DNA of 63,864 nucleotides, filler included, from Dugesia japonica (Eukaryota), in the NCBI GenBank assembly GCA_001938525.1. It is 5 parts of 5 records of this genome, joined end to end, with 100 filler letters (N's around TTAATTAATTAA, not from the genome) between each part and the next. Parts side by side here need not be neighbours in the genome. Positions count along the whole stretch, not along the records: positions 9,145 to 26,254 come from MQRL01634372.1; positions 26,355 to 42,746 come from MQRL01625321.1; 3 more parts are not named here. One strand, given 5' to 3'. The notes under the pieces were generated by a model. That model was not told the DNA's origin, made no database searches, and saw nothing but the letters and a program-made list of their open reading frames with translations. Both the position numbers and the translations under genes were made by a program. Positions 24,829 through 34,959 of this stretch are shown piece by piece (the first letter of the stretch is position 1; each line of letters begins with the position of its first letter).

Positions 24829-26052
24829 TAAATGATTTGTGTAGCTTTTATATTTACTTAAATTTAATTTAAACAGTACAATTGTCTTAATTTAAATATT
24901 ATTATATATTAATGTTATGAACAATAAATATATATTAAAATTTGATCTATTTATTTTATGTTCGATGAAGAGATAGGTGTTTGATATGCCAACATTTTAT
25001 TTTATATTAAACATGTTATATTTGTTCGAAAATAAAAATATACACATGGGTATATAAAATTGCACAACCCTGTAATTAATAAACAGTAGGTTTAAACCCT
25101 CATGAACATCATAAAGATTGGACAACTAGTATTCCTTCACTAAACTATTTTCCACCTGCCATCCCAAGACGTGGCGCCTGAGTTCCGTGCACCCTTTGAA
25201 CCCCTGTTTGGCGCGGCCCTGGTACCATCACACAGATTAATTTTAAAGAACGGATATCTAATAATTTTATTAAGAACTTTAAATTGTATCATAGAACTAT
25301 TGAATGAAACTCAATTAACTGTTGTGAAGTAATTTAATTGTTGATGTTTTAAATAGTGATTTTCAAAAACGTATACCTGTAACAAGAATTGATTTAACTA
25401 CTGCAAATGATCCAGGTTTGCCTTTTATTTAAAACCGCAAGCAATTTCCATTTAAACGCGCTTATGCGATGATAATCAATAAATGCCAAGATCAGACCTT
25501 AAATAAAGTTGCTATCGTTTGAAAAAATCACNNNNNNNNNNNNNNNNNNNNNNNNNNNNNNNNNNNNNNNNNNNNNNNNNNNNNNNNNNNNNNNNNNNNN
25601 NNNNNNNNNNNNNNNCCAACGGTGACTGGTCACCTATAAACTTGATTCTATCAACTTTCTTCTAGTTCCTTTCTTTTTAGTTCGATGTATTTTTTATCTT
25701 TCTTTTAATATTAAATAAAGTTCTTACAGAAAAAATGTTAATATTATGAGTTTCATATATAAGTAAATTAAAAATATTTACAAAAAAAATAATAACACTT
25801 TTATAGCAAAGAATATCGTATTTCAGGAAATATTTCAAAATTAATTATGTTTTTTGTGATATAATATAAAAATGAAGTATTTCAATATTAAGATTTTAAN
25901 NNNNNNNNNNNNNNNNNNNNNNNNNNNNNNNNNNNNNNNNNNNNNNNNNNNNNNNNNNNNNNNNNNNNNNNNNNNNNNNNNNNNNNNNNNNNNNNNNNNN
26001 NNNNNNNNNNNNNNNNNNNNNNNNNNNNNNNNNNNNNNNNNNNNNNNNNNNN

Positions 26053-26254
26053 CAAGAGGCCAATATGAATTATTTTCCTTACTAGATTACCAAAATGTTA
26101 AGGATGACTTTACTTTGTTAAGTAATAAATTTGTAGAATTATACAAAGTTAAAGATTTGAGGACTTCTTCTATTACCAAACCTTTACAGATTAAGCAAGA
26201 TGACCTCTCTTTAAAAGAATTTATTACAAAATTGAGAGTTTATTTATTTAAAAG
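26053..26254 (+). mobile_element. Possible retrotransposon gag fragment
   Basis: LQIKQDDLSLKEFITKLR resembles the gag Q-x-x-x-E-S-x-x-x-F-x-x-x-L motif; bounded by Ns. Confidence 0.35.
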
Positions 26255-27333
26255 NNNNNNNNNNNNNNNNNNNNNNNNNNNNNNNNNNNNNNNNNNNNTT
26301 AATTAATTAANNNNNNNNNNNNNNNNNNNNNNNNNNNNNNNNNNNNNNNNNNNNGTATATAAGAAACGTCCGTAAACCAAGTGTTAAATACCATTTTAAA
26401 TAAGAATAATAAAGTAGAAGTATTTTTAAATAAAATTTTTTATAAAGAAACACAATATAAAACTAAAAAAATTTAATTCATTGAGATATTTTTTCATTAA
26501 ATTAAATATCAATTAATACAAGAACTAGCTTTTATGGAGGTCACTTAAAAAGCTTNNNNNNNNNNNNNNNNNNNNNTCTATGTACTATACTAATTAACAG
26601 TTTTAGTGAAATTCCTGACGTTTAAACAAATTGCAATTTCAGCATTTATAAATTATTATATTATTATTTCAACATAAAATATCCATTAAATTAAAAGCTT
26701 GATCAAATTTAATTTAATGAAATCTCAAATACTATCAATGGTTAATCCCAACAATTATTCTCGCAATAATTACAACTATAAATTTTCTAACACCATAAAA
26801 GCAGATAAAATATAATANAAGAGAAAAAATAAATCTACTAGAATATTTTTAAATATATTTTTATACTGATAAATTAAAGTAAAAAAATCTCGTTAGCAAA
26901 ATGAGCTAGCGCTAATCTTCCTAATCTCGTACATCACAAAAAATATTTTCTTGCATTCTATTTACGAATTATTTACATCTACTTTTCAAGTAAATCAATT
27001 AATATTTTTTCAAGAATTTTCAGAGATTTCTATTTGTAAACATTATTAAAGAAAATGAACAAAAGATGTAAAATTCTACAATAATTCAAATAATAATAAA
27101 ATAGATTTCTCTTGTATTTATAACTATCTTTAAGATAGTTTTTTTTTAATTACATTAAATAAATTTATAATGTAAAATCGTAAATCAAAAGAAAGTTTTA
27201 TTATATTTTCAAATACTTGACTTCCATTTCTTTAGATATAATCATTAATACAGATAAATAAATAGTCAAATTAATATGTAATTTCGCTTTACAGTTTTAC
27301 CTTTGAACTAAGTGTAAAATAGAATCAAAAATA

Positions 27334-27620
27334 TTAATAGGTTGGCGGAAACGTTTTGTCGGTTTTTTCTAAATACAAAATCTTTAATAATGAAAGTTTA
27401 TTAAAACTAAAAGTTTACTAATAATGATTTATTAATAAGACAAATTAGTATTTGAAGTAATCTCCTCTCGAATCAATAATGTTCAACCAGATATTAGGTA
27501 ACATGAAGATTCTACAATGATAAAACTCTTGATTTTTCGAATCAAAGAATTTTTACATATTCTGTTTTATATCGTCAATATTTTAAAATTGCTGGCCTTT
27601 TAAAAATGCTCAATTTAACG
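27334..27620 (-). mobile_element. Mariner 3' end remnant
   Basis: TIR-like TAGGTTGGCGGAAACG; minus strand FYHCRIFMLPNIWLNIIDSRGDYF matches the mariner C-terminus LPxRWxxxIxxxGxYF. Confidence 0.65.
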
Positions 27621-27995
27621 GTAGAAATGTTATTAACTTTAAAAAGAGTCATAAATATATAATTTTTTAATATTTTATGAAATTTATGTATCCGTTTAAC
27701 TTGAAATAGAAATTTTAGAAGACTGTTTAACAACTATAATATTTATTAATGAAAATCTAGAAAAGGAGGAATAAATATATATGTAATTATGATTCAGGAG
27801 AACAACACACCTAAATCAACTAGCAAACACTTAACTATTAAATAACACACTAAACATTTGACCTCGCAGCCAATAATTAATTACACAACATTCAAAAATA
27901 ATAACTATTTATAAAAGAGGTTTTCGAAATTTCTGAATAACGTTTTTGTATTTATTTCGAGTTTTTATTACAAACCTAATGATATTTATATATTA

Positions 27996-28230
27996 GCCGT
28001 TCCATCCAAGGTTCTGCCCTTTCCTTCACGTACATTTTTATTACTTTAAAAAAATAACAATATAAAATTTTGAATTGTGAAAGTAAATTGCAATAGCAAA
28101 ATGGAAGGCGTCATTTCTCATCTACTTGAGTTGAAGTCTTGATTTTTTTATTTTTATATATAGAAATGTAATTATAACTACAACTGCGACCACAAAATAA
28201 ACTTTTATTTTATTAGTAAAGAAAATGGTT
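27996..28230 (+). repeat. Left TIR (outermost ~17 bp missing)
   Basis: Matches the reverse complement of ~38878-39068, e.g. ataacaatataaaattttgaattgtgaaagtaaa and ggaaggcgtcatttctcatctacttg. Confidence 0.9.
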
Positions 28231-28740
28231 TCAACAAAACTTGATCTTGATAATAATATTAATTTTCAACATTTATTTTTTTATTCATATATTTGTGAAA
28301 ATTGTAACAAAGAATTACTTAGAAAAAATAAAGCTAGACATTAAAAAATTTGTATAAAGACTCTATTCAGTCGTGACTGAGAGTATACAGGATTAAATCT
28401 TCAATCTTTCAAATTAACTTCAACAATTTTAAAACCATTTACTTGGGAAAAGTATCCAGGAGAAAGACATTTGTTTATACAAAATTATACTGGACCAGGA
28501 ACAAGATTAGATTTAAGATTAGATGAAAATAATAATCCAAAACTTGGAGATTAATAGAGTTGATGAAGCAACTTTAAAACATGATTAATCTTACAAGTCA
28601 GAAGATTTAAGAGATAGACATTTAGCTGATGTAAATTTAATTCATGATTTAAAAAAATTAAAATTTCAACTACTTCTAAAAAAATACAAAGAGTAAAATT
28701 AGCAATGAAAGGTAAAATTATTTTAGGTGGAGGAACGAAC
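28225..28740 (+). pseudogene. Zinc finger plus parvovirus-VP1u-like phospholipase A2 (PLA2X)
   Basis: YICENCNKELLRKNKARH; NYTGPGTRLDLRL (Ca-binding loop); INRVDEATLKHD*SY (HD catalytic helix); RHLADVNL. One frameshift and one stop in the PLA2 part. Confidence 0.82.
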
Positions 28741-28869
28741 GAAGTGAGTTCCATCCCTCTTAATAAAAATATTAAAAATAATTAAAATAAAGAGAAACAA
28801 GGAACTTCTTTCAGTCGTTCCATATTATCAAATGAACTTCATAAAGATTAAAAACTAAAATGTGAAAAT

Positions 28870-29243
28870 ATTTTACTCTAGTTGGAAATCAAAAATGGAA
28901 TAAAACCTTGTTACATAAAATTGTAAATGATTATAATAATACAATTCACTCTAGTATAAAAGCAACACCAAAGAAGCATCAGAAAATATTGAAACTATAA
29001 AAGAAATAATTAATCAACATAATCATGAAAATGATAGCTTTAGTCTTAAACAGAAATTTAAAATTAGAGAAAGAGTTAGAATATAAATTTGAAAAAGAAT
29101 TTACTTCAAAATTAACAAATAAAATATTTGTAGTAACCCAAGTTTACAAGACAAAATCTTTTACTTATGGAATTACTGATTTAGGACACGAAAAGAGTTT
29201 TGGTAGATTTTATAGTAATGAACTTCAAAAAACTGTTTTTTAA
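28870..29243 (+). pseudogene. Retroviral-like (rve) integrase, C-terminal remnant
   Basis: IVNDYNNTIHSSIKATP and FEKEFTSKLTNKIFVV..TYGITDLGHEKSFGRFYSNELQKT match the Polinton integrase tail. DDE core not seen. Confidence 0.82.
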
Positions 29244-29259
29244 ATTTTATTAAATAAAA

Positions 29260-30010
29260 ATGGCTTCATAAATCTGGAATAAAAATAGAAATATCTTTAA
29301 TAATAAAATCTTTCCATCTAATTTCAGATTATTAATAATTGGATCTTCTAGATCGGGTAAAAATGTTTTGCTAATGAAAATGTTAATAACTCTAGAGTTT
29401 TTAGAATATGATACTTTGATAATTTATTTAAACCAATTTGAATTACAATTAGCTTATCATGGTTTTGAAAATGGATAAACAAAACAAGATATTGTTTTTA
29501 TTTTTGAACATCAAAATATAGTTCCCTATTCTTAAATAACTCTATTGCAAGTTATTCAATGGTTTATAGAAAGAAAATATTTAACAAATAAACCAAGATT
29601 GATAAACGTAGTTTTAAGTAATAAACCAAATGAAATTATTCCTTGTGATAAATTATCTAAACAGAAAAAGAATTTAATAATTTTTGATGATGTTGTAAAT
29701 TTGAAAGATCAAGAAATTCAGAAAAGTTGTTTTACTAGAGGAAGACATGTTAATTGTAATGTGATTTATATTTCTCAAACATATTTTCATTTGGATAAAG
29801 ATTCTATTAGAAATAATTCCAATTGTTTTATATTATTTTAATTAAACAAAACAGATAAAGATAATGTTTATTATGATTTATTTAGTAATATATTTTCTAG
29901 TAAAATAGAATATGATTATAATGTAAATTTGCATTGGAAAACAAAGTATAATTATTACTATTTAGATAGAGAAGCAGATGTATTGATTGAAGATTTATTA
30001 GAATGGGAGA
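29260..30010 (+). pseudogene. A32/FtsK-like packaging ATPase
   Basis: FRLLIIGSSRSGKN (Walker A), LIIFDDVV (Walker B), FTRGRHVNCNVIYISQTYF, SIRNNSN. Confidence 0.9.
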
Positions 30011-30177
30011 AAGAAGATTTGAAAGAGGTAAAGAGGTGTAATAAATTTTCATACCTCTTTAAAATCCTACTATTTAATAAATTGAGAGGAAAAAAGAAGA
30101 GGAGGGGGGAGGTGAGAAGAGAAGAGGATTATATTTTCTATGAATTAAATTATTTTTTCAAATTACAAGTAAATAAA

Positions 30178-30717
30178 ATGTCTTCAATATCAGAACAAGA
30201 ATTAATTGATTTGATAAATTCAAATAAAACTAAATCTGTAAAGGTTAATGTTAAAAACTATTGAATTGGTAATAAAGTTAAAGAACAAATAAAAAAGAAA
30301 CTAGCCTCTAGAGTGCAATCGAAGGAGGATTTGCTTTCCTTGCTACAATTTTAGCTATATTTGCTGGATTAGCATCAACAGCTGGTATTGTCACTAGAAT
30401 TGCTAGTACGATAAGTAATTCTAGAAATGCAATTAAAAAACAAAACGAAACTGAATTAGTTGAATTACAGAAAAGAGAACTCATTGGCATTTGTGACCAA
30501 AGGGAACGTCAAGAAAAATTAGAAGCAAATAAGAAAAAGAATAATTACAAAAAGAAGATTCAGGACTTTACTTCAAACCTTATCAAGGAAGTGCAATTTA
30601 TAAATATTTAAAAAATAGCTTACTAAAGTTGAAGATGATTACTAAAAGCTTTGAAAATTTAATACAAATAAAAACTAGTGGTGATGGTTTATATTTAAAA
30701 CCTTATGAAAATTCTAA
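30178..30717 (+). pseudogene. Polinton core / membrane-active protein with EGG|F site and GLYxKPY repeats
   Basis: EGGFAFLATILAIFAGLASTAGIVTRIASTISN; SGLYFKPYQGS (~30560); GDGLYLKPY (~30680). Confidence 0.65.
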
Positions 30718-30722
30718 ATAAA

Positions 30723-31583
30723 ATGGATAATACAGATGTGTAAGCAAGAATAAAACCTTTGAAAGAATTAATTAAAGCTCAAGAGCAATATGATCATGTA
30801 TTAACTACATGAGTAATTGAATCAAGGACTTCACAAGACACTTTAACTTAACAGCAACAACATATGGTTAAAGCTTTTGAAAAATTAAGTACAAAATCAA
30901 TAAACCTTTTTGAAAATAGAATACCTTTCTTTCCAAGTACTATTTTAAATACTGAATTTTTAAAAGCTCTAACAAATATACCTATATTTGAAAAAAAAAT
31001 TATTTCTGGTATTAACGTTCAAAGAATAATTTATCCTAAACTTAAAGGATCACAAACAGAAATATATTTATTTGAAGAAAATGAAAAGAAATACTTTTTA
31101 AATAATCAAGAACTAATTTCTTATTCTGAAGAAAAAAAGAATTTAATTTTATGAAATGGAAGTAATGATCCAGAAGCAAAAGATATTTATTTAAATAAAT
31201 TTGATATTACACTTCATCCTAATTTTAAATATTATAAATTTTAAACGGAGGAAAAAGAAACGCCTTCCAGTCACGAGCGAGAGCGAGCTCCTGAAAGTCG
31301 TAAAACTTCTAAAATACCTAAGCTTAAAAAGGAATACAAGAACATATTAAAGGTGATGGTTTAAAATTTATTAAAGCTTTAAAATATCATGAAACAGAAA
31401 GTGATCCAGTCCAAGAGTGTCCCATCTCGTTATTTAAAAAATTAACATTATTAATTTTAGCTGTAAAAGCTGGTCACAATAATTTACACATAGAAATTAA
31501 ATCTGTTTGTAAAGAATTATTAAACTAAGAGTAAATTACCAGATATAAATTTAATGTTTATAAAAGAAAATATTTTAGGTATG
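30723..31583 (+). pseudogene. Conserved Polinton protein of unknown function
   Basis: C-terminal GDGLKF...LFKKLTLLILAVKAGHNNLHIEIKSVCKELL resembles the recurrent Polinton LxLL...AGN...EI..I..EL tail. Confidence 0.55.
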
Positions 31584-31616
31584 AAACCTTTCCATAATAA
31601 ATTCTAGTTAAATAAA

Positions 31617-32397
31617 ATGTCTCATCAATTTTTAGTTGTTGGCCAAGAGTCTAATTTACAAGTTAATTTAAGATTTCCAATAGAATTAGATTATGATTAT
31701 GAAATGGCTTTATTATCTTTTAGTTGTTATAATATAATTTTTAATGTTACTAATAAAAATAATTCTTTTGAACTCCTAAAAGTCTTGAGTGGAAGCGAAT
31801 TAAAACAAGGACAGGATCCCAACGGGCCCCATCAATATAAACAAAAATCGATTGAGCAAGGTGCTTATGAAATTAAAGAAATCTCTACTAAATTAAAAGA
31901 TCATGGAATTGTAATTGTCCCAGATCTATCAACAACAAAATGTACTTTAACAATAAAACATACAATAAATTTTGATGTTAAATCTTTTGATCATACAATC
32001 TTAGGTTTTTACCTAAAGAATACTTACCAGGAAAATATTATTTAGAAAATAAAGTTGATATTCTAAACATTAATAGGATAAATATAACTTGTAATTTAGT
32101 TAAATATAATTATATTTATAACTTAGGTATGAATTTATTATATTCTTTTCCTGTAAATACTGCTGGTTTTGGTTTTAAAATTATATAAAGACCTTCAACT
32201 CCTATTTACTCAAGATTAAATTCCAAATGTATTGATTCTTTAAAATTTAATATTAGTAAAAATATATTAAAATATATTAATATATTAAAATATATTAAAA
32301 TATATTAAATATATTAAAATTTAATAATAATACTATAGATTTTGATGGTGAAACTATATCTTTATTAGTTCATATAAGAAAATGTATGGGATCTTAG
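31617..32397 (+). pseudogene. Minor capsid protein (penton, single jelly-roll)
   Basis: FPIELDYDYEMALLSF..YNIIFNV..NN; GAYEI; after a frameshift VDILNINRINITCNLV..LLYSF..GFKII..IDFDGETISLLVHIRK. Confidence 0.82.
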
Positions 32398-32765
32398 ATT
32401 TTTTAAAAACGTTTAGTATAAATACTAAAACTAATTTTGATTTGTATTCTATTGTAGATTTTTTAAATTTAGAAATTGAGGTTTTAATGAAAGATGAAAT
32501 CAAAATAGCGTCATGCATGACGCAAAAATTATTAATTATCAAAATTCAAATCAAAAAGAAAGTCATTGGGTTGCTTTTCATAANGGTTATTAATTTGATT
32601 CTTATGGTTTAAAACCTTTTAAAGAAATTGAAAAAAATGTAAATGTATATAATTAAATTCACGTTCAACCTTTAGGAACTAGTTTTGTTGAGTATTATGT
32701 TTATATTTTTTATATTCACTTAGTTTTAAACCTTTTGATGAAATTATTAATGAATTATATATAAC
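32382..32765 (+). pseudogene. Adenain-like maturation cysteine protease
   Basis: SHWVAF, FDSYGLKP, VQPLGTSF; the catalytic Cys region is degraded. Confidence 0.8.
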
Positions 32766-32774
32766 TTTAAATAA

Positions 32775-33480
32775 ATGAATAAATTTGGGGCTACTTGAAA
32801 TAGTCAAAATAATACAGAGGTATTAAAACACGTTTCTGCTAAATTACAATTAGAATCTGTAAACAATGATAAACGGTTTGTTAATGAAAGTGGAAATTCA
32901 ATTACTTGTTTGAAAATTCTTAACGAACCTTAAAGGAATTAGATGCTATTAATTTTAAATATTTCACTAAATTACAAAAACAAGTAAATGAGCTAACACT
33001 AACAATGAGCGCGTTGACGCTAACACTGAGCAATCAAAATATTTATATTCAACAACTTTTAGAAAATAATAAATCTTGGATTAAAATCAAGAGTGACTTG
33101 ATGATTAAAATAAAAAAAATTAAATGAATCTTTTAATTCTTTGAAAAGAGTTAAAACTTTGGTTTACTATGTAGAAGAGTAAAGACCATCGAATTGTGGG
33201 AAAACTATTGATAACTGAAAACCAGTAAACAGTGACTGATGACCAGTGAAAAGTGGAAAAACCAATAAATGAGAGAAAAAAACAATGAAAATACAGAAAA
33301 AATACACAAGTTAAAAATGAGCTAACACAAACGAAGATTGATTTGAAAAGAGATTATCAACATCTAAGAAAAAATTGAAAAGCTCACAAAAGAAATCACA
33401 AACCTTACAAGTAATTGTTCTCCTAAAAAATTTAAAAAAATTAATTCAGAATTAGAAAAACTAACATATAAGATCAATTT
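32775..33480 (+). pseudogene. Decayed coiled-coil / fibre-like ORF
   Basis: Starts MNKFG after TAAATAAATG; EP..DAINFKY motif followed by heptad-rich segments with many stops. Confidence 0.4.
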
Positions 33481-33493
33481 TAATAAACAAAAG

Positions 33494-34162
33494 ATGAATC
33501 ATCCTTTAATTCTTTTAGAAACAGAATTTAATAAAATAAAACAAGATCTTCATATTGATCGTGTTAAAGAAATTGATGATTGTATTGATAAATTAAAAAA
33601 ACAAGCATCATCTGAAATACTTTATGAACAAGATTTATTAAATAGGATTAAAGAAATAATTGATAATTATTTTCTATTTCTCGTTTTAAAGAATTATGGT
33701 AAGTATAATGATGTATTAATATTTTTATTAACAACTTTTATTATAAAGAATGGTTTACCAAGTTATTATTGTTTGATCTTGCCATTTAAAATAAAAAGAA
33801 AAGGAAGAATAACTTATCCCAGTGGGTCCCATCTTAACACAATAAAATATTATTTCCTTGAAAAACCATTAGAACTTTATTTTTGTTTAAATAGAATAAG
33901 AGATAAAGCTTATTTTATAATTCAAAGATATTGTGATATTTCTTTTATTGAAATATTTGTAATGATTGATAATATTCCAAAATTATTTGAATACAACTTT
34001 ATTAAAAAACAAGAATTTACTTGTTTTATAGAATACAAAGAAATTATATTAACTGATAAATATAGTGTAGATAGAGTTACTTTAATTTTACCTAAAAATA
34101 TTTATAAAATTATTATTTTAAGTGGTTATTCAATTGCTAAATATCATATTCTGAATTATTAA
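33494..34162 (+). CDS. Intact 222-aa Polinton ORF, unknown function
   Basis: Uninterrupted ATG-to-stop frame; no motif recognised. Confidence 0.6.
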   Translation: MNHPLILLETEFNKIKQDLHIDRVKEIDDCIDKLKKQASSEILYEQDLLNRIKEIIDNYFLFLVLKNYGKYNDVLIFLLTTFIIKNGLPSYYCLILPFKIKRKGRITYPSGSHLNTIKYYFLEKPLELYFCLNRIRDKAYFIIQRYCDISFIEIFVMIDNIPKLFEYNFIKKQEFTCFIEYKEIILTDKYSVDRVTLILPKNIYKIIILSGYSIAKYHILNY

Positions 34163-34186
34163 ATCCTAAATTATTACTAAAATAAA

Positions 34187-34900
34187 ATGTCTGAGCGAGA
34201 AGAAGAGTTAAGTTTTTATTAACAAAAAGAACTAACACAAACCAAAAATGAAAATTTGTATCAAAATATAAATAAATATATTTACAAAGATCAAAAATAT
34301 ACTATTCAAGATCTCAAGTCTAAATTATCAAATTTAAGAGTTGTTGATTTTGAATCAGATCTTTATATCATTGATGATAAAATAAACCATTATAAAANNN
34401 NNNNNNNNNNNNNNNNNNNNNNNNNNNNNNNNNNNNNNNNNNNNNNNNNNNNNNNNNNNNNNNNNNNNNNNNNNNNNNNNNNNNNNNNNNNNNNNNNNNN
34501 NNNNNNNNNNNNNNNNNNNNNNNNNNNNNNNNNNNNNNNNNNNNNNNNNNNNNNNNNNNNNNNNNNNNNNNNNNNNNNNNNNNNNNNNNNNNNNNNNNNN
34601 NNNNNNNNNNNNNNNNNNNNNNNNNNNNNTAATTCACAAATTAGAAACTGTTAAAAATAAATTATTTTTATTTCACCAAAAAGCTTTATGTGATGATATT
34701 TTAACTGATGACAAAATTGTTACAAATAAAAATATGGTAAAACAAATTAAAGATTTTATTTCACATGAAAAAATTAAAAAAGTTAAATAGGAAAGGGAAA
34801 TTTTAAAAAAAACTTGTAAATCAAATTGATGAACAACAGAAAGTAATTAATAAATTAAAGAAATAAATTTGTCGTCTGCAGACGACACATTTAATTTTCG
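34187..34900 (+). pseudogene. Decayed Polinton ORF spanning an N gap
   Basis: Starts after TAAAATAAAATG; partly open frame 34256-34654. Confidence 0.35.
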
Positions 34901-34959
34901 AAAATAATTGTACTGCTTTTTATAAATTTAAGAAACCTGGGACCTCGGTCACAACTTTT

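Larger units (their letters stand above)
15505..25221 (-). mobile_element. hAT (ZMYM1/Tip100-like) transposon expanded by nested insertions
   Basis: 9-bp TIR CAGGGCCGC/GCGGCCCTG; degenerate 8-bp TSD gcaccact/gtaccatc. Transposase pieces on the minus strand at ~15765-15910 (KKYLRSTM*QERLKNL..EFALKKARK) and 18481-18729 (FYFTILDTAISKIEERFEQ). Confidence 0.65.

Noticed and set aside
27985-27996. 6-bp TSD for the large Polinton
   Set aside because: The left terminus is eroded; the right flank attgat has no match on the left.
32258-32320. 10-bp tandem repeat inside the penton gene
   Set aside because: Simple slippage expansion in a pseudogene.
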